The notes under the pieces: generated by a model
What the model was told of the DNA's origin: nothing
The model's input: the letters and a program-made list of their open reading frames with translations, nothing else
Database searches by the model: none
Made by a program: the position numbers and the translations under genes
Shown here: positions 60,932-64,000 of the stretch, piece after piece
Layout: every line of letters starts with the position of its first letter
Numbering within the stretch: position 1 is the stretch's first letter
Assembly (NCBI GenBank): GCA_019058445.1
Contig: JAHPZA010000004.1
Location: 386,184 to 450,183 of the forward strand
DNA from: Promethearchaeota archaeon
Lineage (GTDB): Archaea > Asgardarchaeota > Lokiarchaeia > Sigyniarchaeales > SOKP01
Reading direction: 5' to 3'
Length of the DNA: 64,000 bases

Positions 60932-61678
60932 ATGCAAATGGGAATTGAAGAGTTTACTTCTTTAGATATAATACGCGCATTATTCGCATTAATATTTGTT
61001 GTAATTTCGCTCATTTCTGGTCTTAAAATCTTACAAAAATATTTTGAACATAAAAATAAAAGCTTTATTTCGGTTGGATTAACATGGATTTTTATTTCAA
61101 CTCCATGGTGGCCTTTACCTATTACCCTTATAACTGTTCTCTTGTTTAATTATGCACTTGAACCTTTAGTATATTTGTATCTCATGACAGCCTTCATTCC
61201 TTTAGCTTTAATATTTTGGATAATATCCTTCACAAATTTAATATATCCAACTTATAAAAAGCAAATCATTTTTCCCTATTTGGTTATCTGCGTATTTTAT
61301 TTCATAATATATCATATCTTATTGTTTATTAATATAGAATATATTAGTGTATACAAAGGACATTTTCAATACCAACATTCAATTTTTATTTATATTTTTT
61401 TAGTTTTCACTTTATTTTCTGCAATGATCACAGGATTTCTATTTGCATTAAAATCAACAAAATCAGAAGATCCAAGAATTCAGTGGAAAGGAAGATTTTT
61501 GTTTCTGGCAATTTTGTTTTTTATAATCGGAGTATTTTTAGACACTTTTAGTTTCGGAAGCGTAATAATGCAAACTACTGCTCGATTCATATTAATTTTT
61601 AGTGCAATTGAATACTATATGGGCTTTTTCTTACCTAAAAAAATAGAAAACTGGTTGATTAAAGATACTAAATCTTAA
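60932..61678 (+). CDS. Approximately 7TM integral membrane protein (stand-alone)
   Basis: Seven hydrophobic segments; ends MGFFLPK. Confidence 0.75.
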   Translation: MQMGIEEFTSLDIIRALFALIFVVISLISGLKILQKYFEHKNKSFISVGLTWIFISTPWWPLPITLITVLLFNYALEPLVYLYLMTAFIPLALIFWIISFTNLIYPTYKKQIIFPYLVICVFYFIIYHILLFINIEYISVYKGHFQYQHSIFIYIFLVFTLFSAMITGFLFALKSTKSEDPRIQWKGRFLFLAILFFIIGVFLDTFSFGSVIMQTTARFILIFSAIEYYMGFFLPKKIENWLIKDTKS

Positions 61679-61879
61679 CAATTTATAAAGGAACTTAATT
61701 TAAATTTTTGTTTACTCAAGACGACTTGATTTAAAGTAAATTTATTGGATAGGGAAATAGAACTGAATTAGATTCTAAGGTGTGTTTAGAATATCAAGCA
61801 CGATTGATTAAATGATATATTTATGTGTATTTTGAAGTAAACCTTTAAAAAAAAGGAACAAAAAAATAAGGGATTTAAA

Positions 61880-64000
61880 TTATATTTCATGATTACGTAA
61901 CTTTGCTAATTTCTTCTTAGATTTGAGTTTATTTAACAGAAAAGCAATAGCTATTGTTGAGACAATAGAATAGACAGAGATAATAGAAAGAGTCGTAATT
62001 AGCATATTTCTATCAATTTCAGTTTTTTTTAATTCTGAATCATCATCATTATCATTTTCAATAATAGTTATTTGACTTTGAGAATATTCAGTGAGAATTG
62101 TAAGACTAGCTTGATAAGAATTATCATTTTCACCACTAGGATTTAATGAGCCGTCTTTATTACTATAAGTTTCATTCACGTTATTAAGTTGATCAATTAT
62201 AAGCTCCAATGTGTATTGCCCCGTCTTATTAATTAATGAATATTCTTCCTTGTAGTTAACAGTTTCATCAACATCAATATCAATTGGTGTATTTGAATTA
62301 TTATATAGAATTATATTCTCAGATTGGCATCGGATAATTATTATTACACCCTCAGCTTTCCAGATCCCATTATTTTGAATTGAGAACTCAAGGAAATATG
62401 ATGCGTTTTCATAGACAACAATATCTTTGAAAGTATTAACTCTTAAATTTGGCATTGGATACCACCATAGATCTAATGGATCCGTGTTGAGTCCAACTTC
62501 CAAGCCATCCCCGAATAAATCATCATCAGTATCATTATTTGCGGGATGGAGTAAATTATTAATTTCCCAGTTATCTAATAACCCATCATAATCAGTATCC
62601 GAATTCGTTGCATTGGTTAAAAATCCGTCATTTTCATAAGTAAATTCTTCAATATTGCTAATTCCATCATTGTCAAAATCACCATCAAACGGGAATATAA
62701 GAGGATACATTAGTGGTTTTGTATCATTCGCATTTGATATACCTAACAGAGTATAATTACTATCTCCAATTCCATAAAGTGGATTTTCATCAATGCCATC
62801 GTAATTACTCCAATAATTACCTATTGTTCCATTATCCCAGTGATTGTTATTACCAATGTCAAAATTCTCGTCAGCAAAAATGCTATTATAATGATTAGTG
62901 CTGAAATTCGTATTCTCCAAATTAAATCCAATAAATGGATTATTTGTACCATCAACCCCGAAAGGTCTATCTTGTCCAGGATTTCCGGAACCGAAACCTG
63001 GGCCTACTAGCCCTCCAAGACCACCCGCCCCACCAGTCCCGTAATTTCCATTCGAAAAATTAACTAACAGGTTAAAGGTAGTTGTAATATTTGAAGAACT
63101 TAGAAAATTCATGACAATGAAATCCCCGCTATCACCCCCATCACCAGCCCAACCTCCATCTCCACCATCTCCTGCAGAAATAGGATTAAATCCTATTCCT
63201 CCCTGTCCTCCCGTTCCTCCATCTCCACCTACCCCTCCGTTTCCGCTAGTAGAGTTATAAATTTTATTATTGCTAAATGAAACATTTATAGCATTTAAAA
63301 GAGAGTATCCTCCTATGAGGCCACCATCTCCACCATCCCCTCCATCCCCTCCATCAAATCCTTCACCCCCTATATCTAAAAAAGGACTACCATCTCCTCC
63401 GTTATTACCATTACCGCCATTACCGCTAATAAGTTTATATATAAGGGAATTATTTGATAAAACTTCAGATGAGTTATATATTAAAATTCCATAAGCATCG
63501 CCTCCATTCCCTCCTTTGCCACCATTCCCACCATAATAATTTTGTCCCCAGACTCCCAATCCTCCAAGACCTCCATTGCCACCATTTCCACTTTCAATAT
63601 TAAAAATTTCAATATCATTTAATAAGATAATATCAGAATTGATGATATTAACACCATATGTATCACTACCTTTTCCACCTTTAAGCCCATTATCTTGAGT
63701 AGTTGAACCATCAATACCGTTGGCACCATTCCCACCTTTCCCGCCTGAAATATAGTATATTATGATTTTAGAAATTTCAGAATTGGAACAATTTAAAATG
63801 GATATACCGGAACATATTTCAGCATTCGGTCCATCAGTATAGGAACCTGCATTTGGAGCATTTGGACCATTAATGTTAGAAATTGTTATATTGTAAAGCT
63901 TAAAATTTGTAGCATTTACAATTTTTATTCCTGCTTCTGCGTTTGTGATAGTGATATTTCTGAATTCAAAATATTCTCTTGTATTACAGATTAAAATACA
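61880..64000 (-). CDS. Surface protein, 5'-partial: NosD-like beta-helix with Gly-rich GGxGGx inserts, DxDxDG Ca-binding repeats, CARDB/Ig domain and C-terminal TM
   Basis: The frame stays open from 63559 to the window edge (147 more codons). GNYWSNY (NosD end), DGDFDNDG/DTDYDG/DTDDD, IQNNG...A.GV, terminal TM plus basic tail. Confidence 0.85.
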   Translation of the reverse strand, partial: CILICNTREYFEFRNITITNAEAGIKIVNATNFKLYNITISNINGPNAPNAGSYTDGPNAEICSGISILNCSNSEISKIIIYYISGGKGGNGANGIDGSTTQDNGLKGGKGSDTYGVNIINSDIILLNDIEIFNIESGNGGNGGLGGLGVWGQNYYGGNGGKGGNGGDAYGILIYNSSEVLSNNSLIYKLISGNGGNGNNGGDGSPFLDIGGEGFDGGDGGDGGDGGLIGGYSLLNAINVSFSNNKIYNSTSGNGGVGGDGGTGGQGGIGFNPISAGDGGDGGWAGDGGDSGDFIVMNFLSSSNITTTFNLLVNFSNGNYGTGGAGGLGGLVGPGFGSGNPGQDRPFGVDGTNNPFIGFNLENTNFSTNHYNSIFADENFDIGNNNHWDNGTIGNYWSNYDGIDENPLYGIGDSNYTLLGISNANDTKPLMYPLIFPFDGDFDNDGISNIEEFTYENDGFLTNATNSDTDYDGLLDNWEINNLLHPANNDTDDDLFGDGLEVGLNTDPLDLWWYPMPNLRVNTFKDIVVYENASYFLEFSIQNNGIWKAEGVIIIIRCQSENIILYNNSNTPIDIDVDETVNYKEEYSLINKTGQYTLELIIDQLNNVNETYSNKDGSLNPSGENDNSYQASLTILTEYSQSQITIIENDNDDDSELKKTEIDRNMLITTLSIISVYSIVSTIAIAFLLNKLKSKKKLAKLRNHEI

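Noticed and set aside
1-64000. Many short ORFs antisense to or nested in long genes (e.g. 15546-15899, 26969-27298, 33221-33604, 49290-49850, 57774-58127)
   Set aside because: Shadow frames of well-supported genes, with no independent motifs.
1-64000. CRISPR arrays, tRNAs, 16S/23S rRNA, IS transposases, integrases
   Set aside because: None seen by eye. Split or permuted tRNAs could have been missed without a covariance search.

Overview
AT-rich (roughly 30% GC by eye) archaeal chromosomal window. Gene content points to an Asgard archaeon, probably Lokiarchaeia/Promethearchaeia: several Rab-like small GTPases, longin and roadblock proteins, aIF-1A, Spt5, and large TM-anchored surface proteins. 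Most of the window is lipid/organic-acid metabolism: two acyl-CoA dehydrogenases, four tandem FAD oxidoreductases with a CCG Fe-S partner, two ADP-forming acyl-CoA synthetase alpha subunits, and a fatty acid CoA ligase. There is also a LysR/DsrE/TusA/double-cubane-protein module. Top findings: (1) a circularly permuted 5S rRNA gene on the minus strand at about 5342-5571. Its 3' half precedes its 5' half, its ends form a bulge-helix-bulge-like (BHB) motif, and it carries a 30-nt BHB-type intron. Applying the standard BHB cleavage rule to both motifs rebuilds a canonical 115-nt 5S rRNA. (2) A tail-anchored Rab-like GTPase with permuted motif order G3-G4-G5-G1-G2. (3) Accessory gene blocks bracketed by synonymously diverged orphan 3' tails of the neighbouring core gene, seen for a cupin and for a DUF1998 helicase. 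All calls were made by eye from sequence motifs; no database searches were run.
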